The notes under the pieces are model-generated. The model had not been told where the DNA came from and made no database searches. It worked only from the letters and a program-made list of their open reading frames with translations. From Hormiphora californensis (taxonomy: Eukaryota; Animalia; Ctenophora), in the NCBI GenBank assembly GCA_020137815.1, contig CM035354.1, forward strand, positions 7,750,001 to 7,814,000: DNA of 64,000 nucleotides, written 5' to 3'. A program made the translations under genes and the position numbers. Shown piece after piece: positions 12,120 through 24,793 of this stretch. Within the stretch, counting starts at the first letter, position 1; every line of letters starts with the position of its first letter.

Positions 12120-15100
12120 ATGATACTAGTCCTTGTTTTGGTACTGCAGTTTTGTCATGGTAGCTATCAGTCAGACACTGTTCCTGATGGAAATACAGGT
12201 GAGAGCTGGTATTCACCAGGTTTAGTTGAACTCCCATTCTCCGATGGGAAACACTATTTAATGGTGCCACTATTTTCAGGAGATCTAGAGGTGGTGTCCT
12301 TGGATGGGTTTCTGAAGCTCCGATCCAAGTCCGACCCTGATTTAATCTGGTGTTGGGGTACTAACACCACCTATACAGTCAATGTTGAGCAATATTGTCT
12401 AAGGCAAGAGTATTCCCAGCCGTGTCCTGAGGACCCAAAGTTTTACCAGGGATGTGGCTCCAATAATGACTCCAAATGTCCTAGCCCCTACGATCTATCC
12501 AAACCAGAGCGGACTCTCTGTGGACTGAACGTGTGCCATTACAGATCCGCCACTAGCGGTAACTACTTCACTATCAGCGGTAAAACAGTTGAATGGTATT
12601 TTGATTGCAATGGTAAAGTTAACTGCCTGAATAGTGATGGTGCTGATGAGAAATGGTGCGATACCACTGATGATCCTTACGTCTGTTACACCGGTAAACG
12701 TATTAACAGGAACCGCACCTGTGATGGGGTTATTGACTGTAACCCTGAGATGGCAGACGATGAACAGGGATGTGAACACCCTTATGGTAAGGATTGCACT
12801 ATGAATGGGCACCCAAAGTGGCAGATCCCCAGGTATGTGTGTCTGGAAAGGAATGTAAACACTTTCAAATGTGACAATGACACCCACATGGATGATTGTG
12901 AGTGGGTGGGAGGGTGCTGGAGTACCATGTCGTTCTACAACACTGATGAGGAACCACGCTGGCAGAACCTATCCGCTAGACAGATGTGCACACCACGTGA
13001 TGATCCACTGTTCCGAGGGTGTGTTGATGGTAGGGATCAGATCAACTGTACCTCAGGAGCGGTCCTGACATGCCCCATAGGAGGACACCCCAGTACTCTG
13101 ACAGATCTAGCACTCTGTACGAGGTGGCCCATTTGTGAGGTAGGTCCACAAGATGGGGGCACACCCCTGGATGAGCAGTGTGTGTGGGATGTAGAGGTAG
13201 GGTGCAACACACACAAACATGTTATGTGTGACGGGAAGGAGGACTGCCCCTTTGGTGGGGATGAAACTGCTGACATTTGTAGGTTCACCCTCAACACCAC
13301 CTGTGTGAGGCGGGTTGGTGATCTGGGTGGTATAGCGACACCCATCCCATCTGCTTGGCTGTGTGATGGGGTGACGGACTGTCAGAATGGAGCTGACGAG
13401 AACAGGACCCTGTGGAGGGAGTGTGGGAGTCAGAGGAGCAAGATCCGGTGTGTCCCTAAGAGTGAGAAGTGTAGGGAGATGTTCAGGTGTGGCCTAGACA
13501 ACTATCTTGACATGGAGTACCTGTGCGATGGGATATCCAACTGTGAAAGGGAGGGTCAGGTGTGTTCAGCTGCACAACAACTAGCAGTGAACCCCTTCAA
13601 ACCCATCACATATGGAACCTCCCGATACCTCCTGACATGTGTACCTGGGTTCAACCCACCCTTTTCCCAGAGATGTGCTCCTGAAGTGGCTGACTTCCTA
13701 GCCCCTGCATTTGGTATTGATCAGGTGACCATGATCCTGCCTAACAGTATAACCACCCTGAAGTCTCTGGGGATGGCGGATTGTAGGACCAGCTATGGGG
13801 AGCTTTACGTGTACCTAGCGTGCATGGGTAAATGCCCTGGTATCCCGTGTCCAGTCCGGAAGATCGAGACTGCTGATTGCACGAACTACTTTGACAAGAT
13901 ATACACTCTCTCAAAGGACAAGGATAGTCTGACCTTAGTAACACCCAACAGAGACAGTCCAACAGGGTTCTCTCATCGCCAGTTGTTCCCCTGCTCTAAT
14001 GGGATCTGTATCCCCTACTCAGAGGTGTGTAATCTGGCTGACGACTGTGGAGATGGCAGTGATGAGGATAGCTGTTCAAACCATTTCAAATGTGGTTCTG
14101 GAGAGTTCATCAGGCTGGGGCAGCGGTGTGATGGGGTACTGGACTGTAAAGATAGGTCAGATGAGTGCAATGGGAGCTGTACACAGAGTATTATTGATGG
14201 GATGGGCCTGGTAGTGGCATCTTGGATTATTGGAGTTACAGCCACCTTTCTGAATCTAGTTGTCATGGTTAAACAAGGGAGGGCGGTGTACAAGGCCAGG
14301 ACCTCTGTAGCCCTTATCAACTCTGTTTTTGTAGGGTTCATCTCTATGGGTGACTTCATGGTTGGTCTCTATCTCTTCTTGTTGAGCGTGTACAATGCAA
14401 CCAAGGGTTCCCAGTACTGTGAGGTCAGGTTTGAATGGTTAACTGGTTCTACTTGCTCCTTTCTGGGGGTTCTTAGTACACTGGGATCCCTTCTCTCTCT
14501 CTACTCAATGACAGTCCTGAGTATTATTCGAGCGTACAACCTGACTCGTCTCTCCCTACCATCCACACCATCATCCTCAGAGCGACTCAGGATCCTTGCT
14601 CTCTGTCTCCTCCTCCCACTATGTGCCCTCTTTGTGGCGTGTTTCCCTCTCCTCAACGAGCTAGAAGAGTACTTTATTAACGGACTCTACTACGGAGCTG
14701 ATAACCCCTTGTTTGTGGGGGCTCCCACACGACCCCAGCACAGATCTATCCTGTCAGGGTACTACAACCGTCGTATCACAACTGGAAACTGGGCCAGAAT
14801 CAGGTTCCTCGTCCGGAGCATGTTCTCCCAGGATCACGGGGGTATTTCTGGGAATAAACTGGGTTTCTATGGCAACGCAGGATGCTGCTTGTTCAAGTAT
14901 TTTGTCCACCAGGACGACCCTCAGAAGGTATTCTCCTGGGTTATCCTGATTACCAACTCTATTTGTCTCCTGGTTGTCCTGGTTTCATATTGTGTTGTCA
15001 CGGTGGTTGCTAGGCATGTTGGGGCAGGTACTAACTCAGGCAGCAACAGTGCCAAGTTACAGAGAAAGATTAGCATCATCATAGCAACTGATTTCACCTG

Positions 15101-15416
15101 TTGGACACCCTTTGCAATCATTGCCACTTTAAACTTTCTGGAAGTATTCGATGCCACCGACCTCTACGGACTGTTCTCTATTATTGTCCTGCCAATTAAC
15201 TCAATGATAAACCCACTGTTGTACGATAGGATAATATCCAAGGCAATCAAGACAATCGTCAGGAAATCTGGTCAGAAAATAGTTGAGATTTCCCTGAAGA
15301 ACTTTAGTCACGTTGAGCCACCTCAGGAGGGAGAGGAGGGCCAGGGAGATTCGAGTCCCCGTCCAACCCGGCCTGGTATACCGAGAATGAAAACTGTGTC
15401 GTCACTTGTATTGTAA
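12120..15416 (+). CDS. Intronless rhodopsin-class GPCR with signal peptide and multiple LDLa repeats (GRL101-like, no LRR seen)
   Basis: Signal peptide MILVLVLVLQFCHG. Repeated CDGxxDC..xxDE motifs. 7TM region with GDFMVGLY, TDFTCWTP and LPINSMINPLLY. Confidence 0.9.
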   Translation: MILVLVLVLQFCHGSYQSDTVPDGNTGESWYSPGLVELPFSDGKHYLMVPLFSGDLEVVSLDGFLKLRSKSDPDLIWCWGTNTTYTVNVEQYCLRQEYSQPCPEDPKFYQGCGSNNDSKCPSPYDLSKPERTLCGLNVCHYRSATSGNYFTISGKTVEWYFDCNGKVNCLNSDGADEKWCDTTDDPYVCYTGKRINRNRTCDGVIDCNPEMADDEQGCEHPYGKDCTMNGHPKWQIPRYVCLERNVNTFKCDNDTHMDDCEWVGGCWSTMSFYNTDEEPRWQNLSARQMCTPRDDPLFRGCVDGRDQINCTSGAVLTCPIGGHPSTLTDLALCTRWPICEVGPQDGGTPLDEQCVWDVEVGCNTHKHVMCDGKEDCPFGGDETADICRFTLNTTCVRRVGDLGGIATPIPSAWLCDGVTDCQNGADENRTLWRECGSQRSKIRCVPKSEKCREMFRCGLDNYLDMEYLCDGISNCEREGQVCSAAQQLAVNPFKPITYGTSRYLLTCVPGFNPPFSQRCAPEVADFLAPAFGIDQVTMILPNSITTLKSLGMADCRTSYGELYVYLACMGKCPGIPCPVRKIETADCTNYFDKIYTLSKDKDSLTLVTPNRDSPTGFSHRQLFPCSNGICIPYSEVCNLADDCGDGSDEDSCSNHFKCGSGEFIRLGQRCDGVLDCKDRSDECNGSCTQSIIDGMGLVVASWIIGVTATFLNLVVMVKQGRAVYKARTSVALINSVFVGFISMGDFMVGLYLFLLSVYNATKGSQYCEVRFEWLTGSTCSFLGVLSTLGSLLSLYSMTVLSIIRAYNLTRLSLPSTPSSSERLRILALCLLLPLCALFVACFPLLNELEEYFINGLYYGADNPLFVGAPTRPQHRSILSGYYNRRITTGNWARIRFLVRSMFSQDHGGISGNKLGFYGNAGCCLFKYFVHQDDPQKVFSWVILITNSICLLVVLVSYCVVTVVARHVGAGTNSGSNSAKLQRKISIIIATDFTCWTPFAIIATLNFLEVFDATDLYGLFSIIVLPINSMINPLLYDRIISKAIKTIVRKSGQKIVEISLKNFSHVEPPQEGEEGQGDSSPRPTRPGIPRMKTVSSLVL

Positions 15417-15782
15417 TTATTCCATATATGGTCATGGGAGAAGGATTAGCGAAGTAAGAGAGAGGCGAGCCTAGTGTGGTGATTGTGATTGAGTATCATG
15501 GTTTTAACTTTTATCCAATGCAATTTGACCCAGTTGTTTTTCTGATTTTAAAACGTTTGCGTACTTGGTTTAGGGAGGCAGCAATAAGTTTTTGGTATTC
15601 TCAACTACCCCTTGGGCCTTGGAGTAGTACCTATAGTAAATTTAGTTTCCTGGCTGCTCCAGTGTATAATAGGCATGTACTTTCAATACAATACGTCAAT
15701 ACCATCTGCATGTTCAGTGTATTTCTGAATTCTTGGCAACTTCGGGAGACATGGCTGGATTAGGAAATAATGAAAGAAAAGA

Positions 15783-15874
<92 letters not shown>

Positions 15875-16420
15875 GGAGAGAGGGAATATGAGAGAGAGAA
15901 TGAAAGCTAGGAAAGTGAGGCTGCAATTACTGAGCCGGAAACTCCGCTCTTTCTCCCTAAGGCCATGCTCTTCTCAACTAATCCTCTCTCTCCTTGTCTC
16001 TCTTTCCATCCTTCTATCTTAGTGAGTACACTACTCGTTTATTCCATGTGGTCTCAATGATAATCGAACAATCAAACTTGTATATCGTTTAATCTTTCAT
16101 TTCCATATACCCTCACTTTTCAAGATTCTTTTTTTACACAGATCATGTAGAATTGATGCCATGCAGGATGGAACAGGTGAAATAGTTTCCTGACCCCCCT
16201 GCCCCCCCCCCATCTTGTACGTGGTACTGCCACACCACACTGTGGGCAGTGTACGTGGTATACCTAGTGCCTACCCATAGCTGTATCACCTGATTTATTT
16301 CTTGTGAAGGAGTTGTTTTAGAGATAAGCTCCAGCTTAAGTTACAACTCAGTTTGCCAAGCAGTTACATGCAAGTTGCAGAACAGTTATTTTCAATTAAA
16401 CACCACGATTTAGGAGGGTC

Positions 16421-19235
16421 ATGGCACTGCCTCGTATATTGGCCTTGTTAGTAGTCCAGTTGTGTGGTGCTAGTTTAGCTTTGAAACCAGTGGTCCTAGT
16501 TCCTGGTGCCCTTGCTAGTCAGATAGAGGTAAGAACACTACAGAACCTGCCCAGCACCCTCGGATAACATCTCTTTCAGACCCAACTACAGATTCCTCAA
16601 CTCACTAGGCCTCACTCAAATCTCCCACTTCAGACCAACCCACACCTCACCTCATACCACTAATACTTGTCAGGCCAAGCTGAACAAGAAGACCTCACCT
16701 CACTGGTACTGCTCTAAGAAAAGTGACTGGTTCACCTTGTGGCTTAGTATCGAGTACATTCTGGGGCCTGCCTTGAACTGTTGGGCTGACAACTTTAAAC
16801 TAGAATTTGAGGATGGCACCTTCAGGAACACTCATGGTATGTGTAAATCACTTGATTGAGGGGGGGGGGGGGGCACTTGAGTTACCATGTAGGCTATGGA
16901 GAAGGGAACTGATGGCTTAGTGAAGGTTGACTTCTTCATATGTCATATGATTGCGGAAGAAAGAGATGAATGCTATCAAACACATTGCTATAACAGGTGT
17001 CCAGACGCGTGTCCCTGGTTTCGGTGAATCACGAACTCTCGACTACTCCGACAACCATGGACTCCTATCCTACTACAAGCCCCTAGTGGACGCCCTGTTA
17101 AAGGTGGATGGGGCAGTAGAGGATGTTACAGTTAGAAGTGCTCCATTTGATTATCGGTACAGCGCCCCCTCGGATGTCAATACCAAGTTTCAGAACAGGT
17201 ACTGAATGGGGCAGATAATTGGGGGAACTTGAAATGTTACTCACTGACAAATACTGTCAGAGCATTGGCGGAGCGCGCGAGAACTGTGGTCAGAGCATTG
17301 GCCTGACAAGACAAATAGGAGATTGAGAGAAACAGTGGTAAATGTGTCTGAATACAGATAACTAATTGATTGTCAGGTTAAAAGGACTGATTGAGGAAAC
17401 AGTTCAGAAGAATGGAGGGAAGAAGGTCGTGCTGATATCTCACAGTTTAGGTGGTCCGACCACCTCTACCTTCCTTCACTCCATGACACAGGAATGGAGG
17501 GATTCTAACATTGATAGTTGGATTAGTATATCTGGGGTGTTTGGAGGGGCACTCAAGGTACTGATGATGATGACTGTATAGATCTTTCATTGTACTGCTG
17601 GTTCATTAAACCAGAGCTTAGACCCAGACTGCTGATTAAAATGAGGCTGCTACATCATGGGTAATCCGATCCTTCCTACTGCAGGTTGTAAAAGCGATGG
17701 TAAGCCATGGAGTAATGGACCAGCTACCCAACATCATATCTGATAGATTTGTACACCGGCGTGTGGCCCGGACCATCCAGGGAAACTATTTCATGCTACC
17801 CATCAGACCCGTATATACTGGGTCTGATGTGCTGGTCCGGACCCCTAATAGAAACTACACAGTAGACAATATGGAGCAGATGTTTGTTGACATGGGAGTT
17901 ACTAAGGGTAAGTGCTCCTTCATAAAACACGACATTGCTCCTTTATAAAGACTAGTAAACCCGTTCGCCCTACGGGCGAATTTCGGGGAAATGGTATTGG
18001 TAGCTGGAATAGGGAACACTGACATCATCAGTCTAACTAATGACATGCACTATCCCATCTTAAGTAACGGTACCTTAGAAGGAGCTCAGGCGGGATCGCT
18101 GCGAGTTTCTGGTTTCAGAACGTCAAATGATGATCCGGCGATCAAAGTTATAAAAGAACTTACTATTTCGTCTGCTTGCAGTATTCATCTGCCTTAATCT
18201 CTGAGATTGATCATCGGTTCTGTTTAACCTCTAACGTCTTGTTCGTTCTCTCTGCACTTCTTTTGGTGATGCTGCATTTGAACCCCTCAGTGTATGGAAA
18301 AGTAGAGAATATCGGTGAGATCTTGCGTGAATAACTCCAATTGTCGCTGTCGTATATCAAGAGTTGTTGAAGAGAGCATATAATTAGCTGGAACAGTGAA
18401 ACAGACTAAAGCAAGATCAAATGCACGTGCACGTGCAGTATAACAGTAGCAACCATGCCATTGGCAACGGCTCCGACTCCTGGCCCCACTCCAATAGTAC
18501 TCCACAGTTCACCTCTAGGCTCTAAACCTGCACGTGCTAAATGCCATATAAGGTAAAAAACGTTACACTGGATTTCCCTATTTGCTTTAATAATAGTATG
18601 ATACTTTCTAACAGGGCCGGAGATGCTGGGAACTGTGAGCAACTCAAGTTATGTTGGTGATCCAGGAGTACCAGTACACTGTTTCAACGGCAAAGACATC
18701 AAAACAACATCATCCTATTAGTGAGTTAAAATGATGACAGGCATCTGGCATCACATGAGAGAGGGTATCATAAATAATTACGAGACTCAGTGATAGAAAA
18801 TTTCTATTAGAAATTCAGAGCAGTCCGACTGGGATGTCATTACTCAATGTTTCAGTTACACCAAACAGAAGGATTTCCCTGATGAGATACCAGCTGATGT
18901 GTGGGGAGATGGAGATGGGACTGTGCCTGACCGATCTTTAAAGGTAACAACTCTAACCGTATCATCTTCTATCTCAATACAAACCAGTACACTCTTTTTC
19001 AGTACCTACATCTGAACTTCTCAGTACATGGCTCTCTATATTTCCCTCTCAGGTATGTCACGGATGGAAAAGTACTCGTTCGGTACAGGAGTATTCAGGA
19101 GAGAAGCTGGGAGAACATGGCAAGATATTGGACAACCCTGATTTCATTCAGCATATTGTGGACATAGTGAATGATGTAAAGACGACATGTAATGACAAGT
19201 GTGCATCTGTAGATAACCGGACTTTTGATTTGTAG
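16421..19235 (+). CDS. PLA2G15: Group XV phospholipase A2 / LCAT-like, about 8 exons
   Basis: KPVVLVPGALASQIE|AKLNK..HWYCSKKSDWFTLWL, VRSAPFDYRY, nucleophile SHSLG, GDGDGTVP and a C-terminal EH. Confidence 0.85.
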
Positions 19236-19722
19236 GAACATTGGAGTGAATAATGTTATGGAGAGAGATCTGTTTTGTATTTTTGTACTTACAGAAAGTT
19301 CCTGGTCTCAATGTGTTGCTCCTTCTCCTCCTCCTCCAATCCTCCCGGACATAAACCGCTATTAAAAAGTAGAGTGGTTATAAGATGGCTAAATAATTGA
19401 GTCACACGCATTATGTGTAGTGTACCCGGGAACTGAAAACAGGGGTTGAATAAAAGATAAAATATGACACAAATAAAAAGGTTGCCGATTCTTGTTATGA
19501 TCAAGATCAAGGCAGGCTGATTGTAATTTATTCCCTTTTCTTACCACTCAGTAGACCAAAATAATCACGTTCTTTCTCTCACGATGATCGATAATCGAGT
19601 AAAATGCAAGCAAAATATAATGCAATGGTCCCAAAACCGTGATCTGTCATAATTTCAGCTTAACATCTCAAAATTCGGCCACCTAAAAGTGTTATTACCA
19701 CAGTCATCTGTCTTGTGTACTC

Positions 19723-22549
19723 TCAATCGCTATCTTCCTCTATAACGGTCGGTTTCTTCTTCTGTTTCTTGCTCCCTCCTCCCCTGTCCGAATCATCTGA
19801 ATCTCCACTCGTTGCCACGGCTTCCTCCTCTTCATCGTCGCTAAGCAACGGTTCCTCCTCCTCCTCTTCTTCCTCCTCTTCCTCTTCACTGCTGTATACC
19901 TCAGAAACCTTCTTCTTCTTGGCTTTAGTCTTCTTCTTCTTGGCGGCAGCAGCCCGTCCCTTACCACCCTTCTTGTAAGAGTTCTTAATGGCCGCCAGAG
20001 ATTCCCCGTCATCCACATCGGGCTCCAAATAACGTGTGGATATCCTCTTTCCCAGCTGCTTCTCCTTCATCTTCTTCTGCATGTTCTCTCTCCTTCTCGC
20101 CGCTGCTATCTTCTCCTCCTCTTTCTTGCACAACTCCTCTCTCTTGCTCTCTGGGTTCTTACCAACCGCCGGCAGGGTCTTTGCCTTAGCGCTCTTGTTC
20201 ACTCTGTCAGATATCCTCATAGTTAGCTTCCTGTGCGTGTACGAGTCTGTAGAGTGGATCCTCAGAATGGTCTTGTTGTGGAACTGAGCCTGACCCTGGA
20301 TACCCGCACCATGTTTCACATAAAGATGGTTGTTAGCGCCCTCCATGGGGGCTTGCAGCATGTCAAACTCCTCCCTTCCCACAAACAGACTGGTACTACC
20401 ATCACTCCACTTCACCACTCTACTATTACTTTGTTTCTTCAGATTACCCTGGTCATCTAGTGCATACCTCCACCTGATCGTGTTTTCCACCCTCAACTTC
20501 ATCCGGGACCTCCCCTCCGCATCTGTCACCTCATTGTCATCCTCTATCTCATCCTCAAATGTGTCAGCGTCAAATGGGCGGGTATCAATAGAAAGGAAGT
20601 TGGGTAGTTTCATGAGGTTTAGATTCTCTCCCAGATCAATGTTAACCATGGGCATCTCAACTGGTAACTCACTCTCCTCCTCTCTGTCCTCATCGCTCTC
20701 TCCATCAGACCTTACTGTGGGAGGAGGGGCTGCAGAACTGCTGGTTGGTTGAGCGGGGGAGGCCTCATCAGGACTATCAAACAATCCTCCACTGGTGCTA
20801 ACTGGGGCTACTGCAGGTTTAGGTTTCTCATCTTCTGAAGAGGACACATCAGAACCGAAGATGTCCTTGGTGGTTGAGTCTTGTGTCTGGAGGAGAGAGG
20901 AGGGTTTCGGGGGAGCTGCATCACTGTTCTCGTCTTCCGTGTCGCTTCCAAACAAATCCTGAGCTGTGGACTTGATGGCTGGTTTCTCGTCATCATCATC
21001 GTCGTCTTCCCTGGAGGGGGAGAATGTTGTTAGTAGTCTTCTCTGGAGAGGGGGGGGGGACATACATTTCAGTAGGAGGGTATTAATAAAGTATGGAGTA
21101 TGAAACTTGTTAGGGTATTAGAAAGGCGGCTTGTTAGGGGAGCGGTGTTTAGGTCCACCAAACGCATAGAAGTCGCTATCGATTATCATTTGTTCAAGCA
21201 AACAAACCCATACCACTAGCGTGTCAAGTGTCTGACAAAGAAGCAGTCGAGCTTGACTAAGTGCAGACAGGGGTACTTAGACTGCCTACCATCAAATACA
21301 GTAACCATCACTCTAAACAAATGCTGCAAGAAATAACACCTATTACAGCTTTTATAGTCAGGTAGGTCCTCGTCGACAATGACATCCCATAATAGCCTTG
21401 CAATGTACCGTCTAAAAAGGGGCACCCAGTACAAGCAATAACAACAAGGGTTTGTCGCGTGATTGTTATTACCGGCTATGTCTTGTTAAGTTCTATTATT
21501 ATCGACGCATAGGTAATTGAATGAAAAGCATATCTATTATCTATTAGGTATGCTTTGCATTCAAATGACGGACCTAAATACACCGAACAAACGACAACTC
21601 GACATGTCGTACACCACAATTGGCAATTAGATACAGAACTACAGAATGGAGTGTATGTGTGTGCAGGGGGGGGTGTAAACGTACTTGAAAAAGTTATCTG
21701 GATTCTCAATGGCAGGTTTGGTGATGGGCCCATCGTCTGTTTCATTGTCACTGCCAAACAGGTTCTTGTTCAGCTGCGTTATATCTGCAGGAAGTAGAAA
21801 TGATAACATGCAGGAGCAGTATGGTATGTGCGTGTGGCCAATATGACGGATAACCACTGTGTAATGGTACTGCACGAAGTACACAGTTTATTTAAAATAT
21901 AACTTCCTTAGAATTGCTCCATCTTTCCTCTCGAGAGCTCTCTCGCTCCCCCTCTCTATCTCTCCCTCTATCTCTCTGCCCCCTCTGTCTCTCTACCTCT
22001 CCCTCCCCCTCCTCTCATCCTCACCTGTAGTTTCCTCCTCTCCACTACTACTTGGTAATCGACCTCTATCTCGTGCCAACTCTTCATCCGAATCGAACTC
22101 TGGTGGTTTCATCGGTTTCAACAAATCCTCCTGTGACTGGTGTGCTGACAGTTAGTGCCGCGCAACTTTATACAGTGAGAGTACTGCGCGCGCTCCAAAT
22201 AACATGGCCTGCTGCAGAAAGTGCAGGGACAAACCGCGGAGAATGCCAACACTTTTTACGAAGACGGAGTAAAGGAAAGTAAAGTAAAGTGTAAATAAAA
22301 GTAAAGCTTCATTTGATTAATCCAAGGTCAGGGATATTTCATGTTAGAAATAACATGTAAACGGACAGATAGGAACAAATGTTACAAACGGACACCCTTT
22401 CCCGCCCTTACCGGTTTTCTTTGTTTCCCAATTCCTCCTTCCTCAGTTCCACTCATTTCATCCTCAATATCTGATATCTGCTCTGCCTGGGGTCTGTACT
22501 CCTCTTCATCTTCATCTTCCAGGTCACCAAACAAATCCGAGAGAGACAT
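19723..22549 (-). CDS. LEO1: PAF1 complex subunit LEO1, multi-exon
   Basis: Acidic DLFG repeats, KLPNFLSIDTRPFD, LRVENTIRWR, SNSRVVKWSDGS, HSTDSYTHRKLT. Confidence 0.92.
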
Positions 22550-22711
22550 GACGCTACAGAGAGGAGTGAAGGGAGCAGATAGTAAATATGATTGTGAGAG
22601 GCCGTATGAAGACACGGGTATATGAAAATCTTAGATCAGTAAAAGTGAATAAGTTACACAAAACATAACAGAAGTTTTGACAGTCTCTATTCCAGTTTAT
22701 TCTTCTCTCAC

Positions 22712-23356
22712 TCAATACTTTTTCTCCTCATTGTACGTCATATACCGTTTATCTCTGGCCGCTGGACTAAACATCCAGGTTGATACCTCGGGGGGCAACA
22801 AATCCTCGTTAACAACTCGTCCAAATGAATCTCTGGGTCCATGGTCTGCGTTCCACATGTATACATTTGTCGGTAACTTGACCTTTTTAGGGCACGGACA
22901 CTGGCCCCGAACATCACAAATACACTCAACATTCTCCCCTCCCCAGGATCTCTCCCCCTTCATCTTCCGCTCCAACTCCAGCTCATTCGCCCCGGCTATT
23001 TCCATGAATTGGGACACGAGAGTGGTGATCGGTTTAGCTGAGTCCCGATTAATACATCCCGGAATTAGGACGGGGTCACGGTGCTCAAACACAACTCTGA
23101 TTGAAGGAGTTGCAAATCGTGGTGTTGTCTTGAAGATTTGTATTTCCGGGTTCCGATAAACAAGGTGGGGAGAGTACTCGTTCCAGAAGTACCGAGTTGT
23201 TTCGCTTGTGGTCTGGGTCTCTGAAAAGATAACATCAACTGCTGCAACACGTTCATGTAGAACCATGGCCCGTTTACGGAGGAAATGTTCCAGTTCTCGC
23301 CGGTAGGGGTAGGTCCCCGCCGGTTCTACTATCTGCCGTACCTTGTGCAGCACCAT
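22712..23356 (-). CDS. MRPS25: Mitochondrial ribosomal protein S25
   Basis: YPYRR.LE, LVYRNPEIQI and the C-terminal ECICDVRGQCPCP motif typical of mS25. Confidence 0.85.
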   Translation of the reverse strand: MVLHKVRQIVEPAGTYPYRRELEHFLRKRAMVLHERVAAVDVIFSETQTTSETTRYFWNEYSPHLVYRNPEIQIFKTTPRFATPSIRVVFEHRDPVLIPGCINRDSAKPITTLVSQFMEIAGANELELERKMKGERSWGGENVECICDVRGQCPCPKKVKLPTNVYMWNADHGPRDSFGRVVNEDLLPPEVSTWMFSPAARDKRYMTYNEEKKY

Positions 23357-23497
23357 AGCTAGGAATATAATGGAGGTTTAGTTTGTTAGTTGACAGACAG
23401 TGAAGAAGAAAACAAGAATATTGTAGAAAGTAGATCATTAGCAAACAGTAAATTATAACAAACTTAAAAAACTTCGAATTCATGTCAACTGTAAAAG

Positions 23498-24133
23498 TTA
23501 TTGCGATGCAGCAGACATGTTACCCATTTGATTGAGAACCTTTTCAACAGCTACAACAAACCCAGGGAAATCAGGGTCCGCCAGACACAAAGTCAACATT
23601 GTCCGTATCTGGTCGGTAGGGAGGTGGGTTTTAGTATACAGCTCCCCTAGACACTCCCTCACATCCCTCCCCTCCATCACACGAGCCATCTCCGGGATTG
23701 AGTTAGGGCCACTACTGACTGATGTTGAGGGTTGTTGGCTGGCAAAATCAGCAAACGCCTCCTTGGTGTACTCTTTTTCAAATCTCATGTAAGCGCCAAG
23801 TAGACACGCACACTCGATAGCTTGTTTCTCTGCGGTTAACCCCTCTCCGGGCAAGAATTTGAACCGAATTTTCCTGACTTTATCGTCTAGTGGTGACTTC
23901 ATCATGATCAAAATGGCAGCTCCTTTCCGAACCCCCTTCATCCAACTGTAGGTCTCCCAAAATGTGAATGATTCCAGGATTTTAGTGGAACCTTGAGTGA
24001 TAAGGAGTTTGTGATCGTTCAATACTGACAGGGTGATGGGTTCTACTGGTGTCCCTGTGATGTGATCCCATCTACCTGATAGGAGAAACGCATAACGTTC
24101 CAACTGCCATGAGCGTGTGGTGGCGAGTGACAT
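23498..24133 (-). CDS. REC114: Meiotic recombination protein REC114-like
   Basis: N-terminal WQLERYA, ILESF, RKIRFKF, and C-terminal LCLADPDFPGFVVAVEKVL. Confidence 0.82.
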   Translation of the reverse strand: MSLATTRSWQLERYAFLLSGRWDHITGTPVEPITLSVLNDHKLLITQGSTKILESFTFWETYSWMKGVRKGAAILIMMKSPLDDKVRKIRFKFLPGEGLTAEKQAIECACLLGAYMRFEKEYTKEAFADFASQQPSTSVSSGPNSIPEMARVMEGRDVRECLGELYTKTHLPTDQIRTMLTLCLADPDFPGFVVAVEKVLNQMGNMSAASQ

Positions 24134-24205
24134 GACCTGCTTAGAAGGGGGGGGGGGTGGATTGAAGATATTAAGGAGTATTCAAGTTTTAAAACTACTA
24201 AAATA

Positions 24206-24793
24206 TTAATATGGACCTAAGCCTAGCTGTTGTGCCATAACGGATATTGCTTTGGACCGTAAACTCTCAACACCATACTTCACAGTCCTATCGGTGTAAA
24301 GAAGTTCAGAGATAGTCTCAGTGAGGAGCTGCTCATTGGAAACCAGCCCAAAACGACGTGTTATAAGATGTCCACTGTTTAGATCCTCTATCTTCATCTC
24401 ACCGAGAGGAAAGAGGCACCATCCCCCAACACCGAACAATAGGTTGAGGTAGCGGGAATAAGTAGATGCGTGAATGAACTTTGAGCCTGTTTCTGTGGTG
24501 ATGATATCTAACGGATCGATCCACAAGGGTGAGGTTGGTGGGGGAGCGGTAGATTTCTCTGTGGCGAACACAGTTGTCGATCCGAGGAGAGTTGTATTGG
24601 AGAAAATGGAGGATTTACTAGGAAGTGAACTCACTGCTTTCACTGTTTCATCAACAACCTGAACAGGCTTCCCAGGGTTCCGATGAGGGCATTTGTGTGC
24701 CTCCTCGAATCGTTTTCGGATGGTTTTTGGTAGCGGTGATACGAGGGAGGAGTTGGGGAGCACTACTCGACCAGCTGATACTGTAATTATCAT
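24206..24793 (-). CDS. MGM101: MGM101-like (Rad52-type mitochondrial genome maintenance) protein, divergent
   Basis: YSRYLNLLFGVGGWCLFP ... LITRRFGL ... ESLRSKAISVMAQQLGLG parallels Mgm101 YRRILNKAFGxGGWGLVP ... LVTREYGL ... EGCKSNALMRCCKDLG. The N-terminus is rich in basic and hydroxylated residues. Confidence 0.7.
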   Translation of the reverse strand: MIITVSAGRVVLPNSSLVSPLPKTIRKRFEEAHKCPHRNPGKPVQVVDETVKAVSSLPSKSSIFSNTTLLGSTTVFATEKSTAPPPTSPLWIDPLDIITTETGSKFIHASTYSRYLNLLFGVGGWCLFPLGEMKIEDLNSGHLITRRFGLVSNEQLLTETISELLYTDRTVKYGVESLRSKAISVMAQQLGLGPY

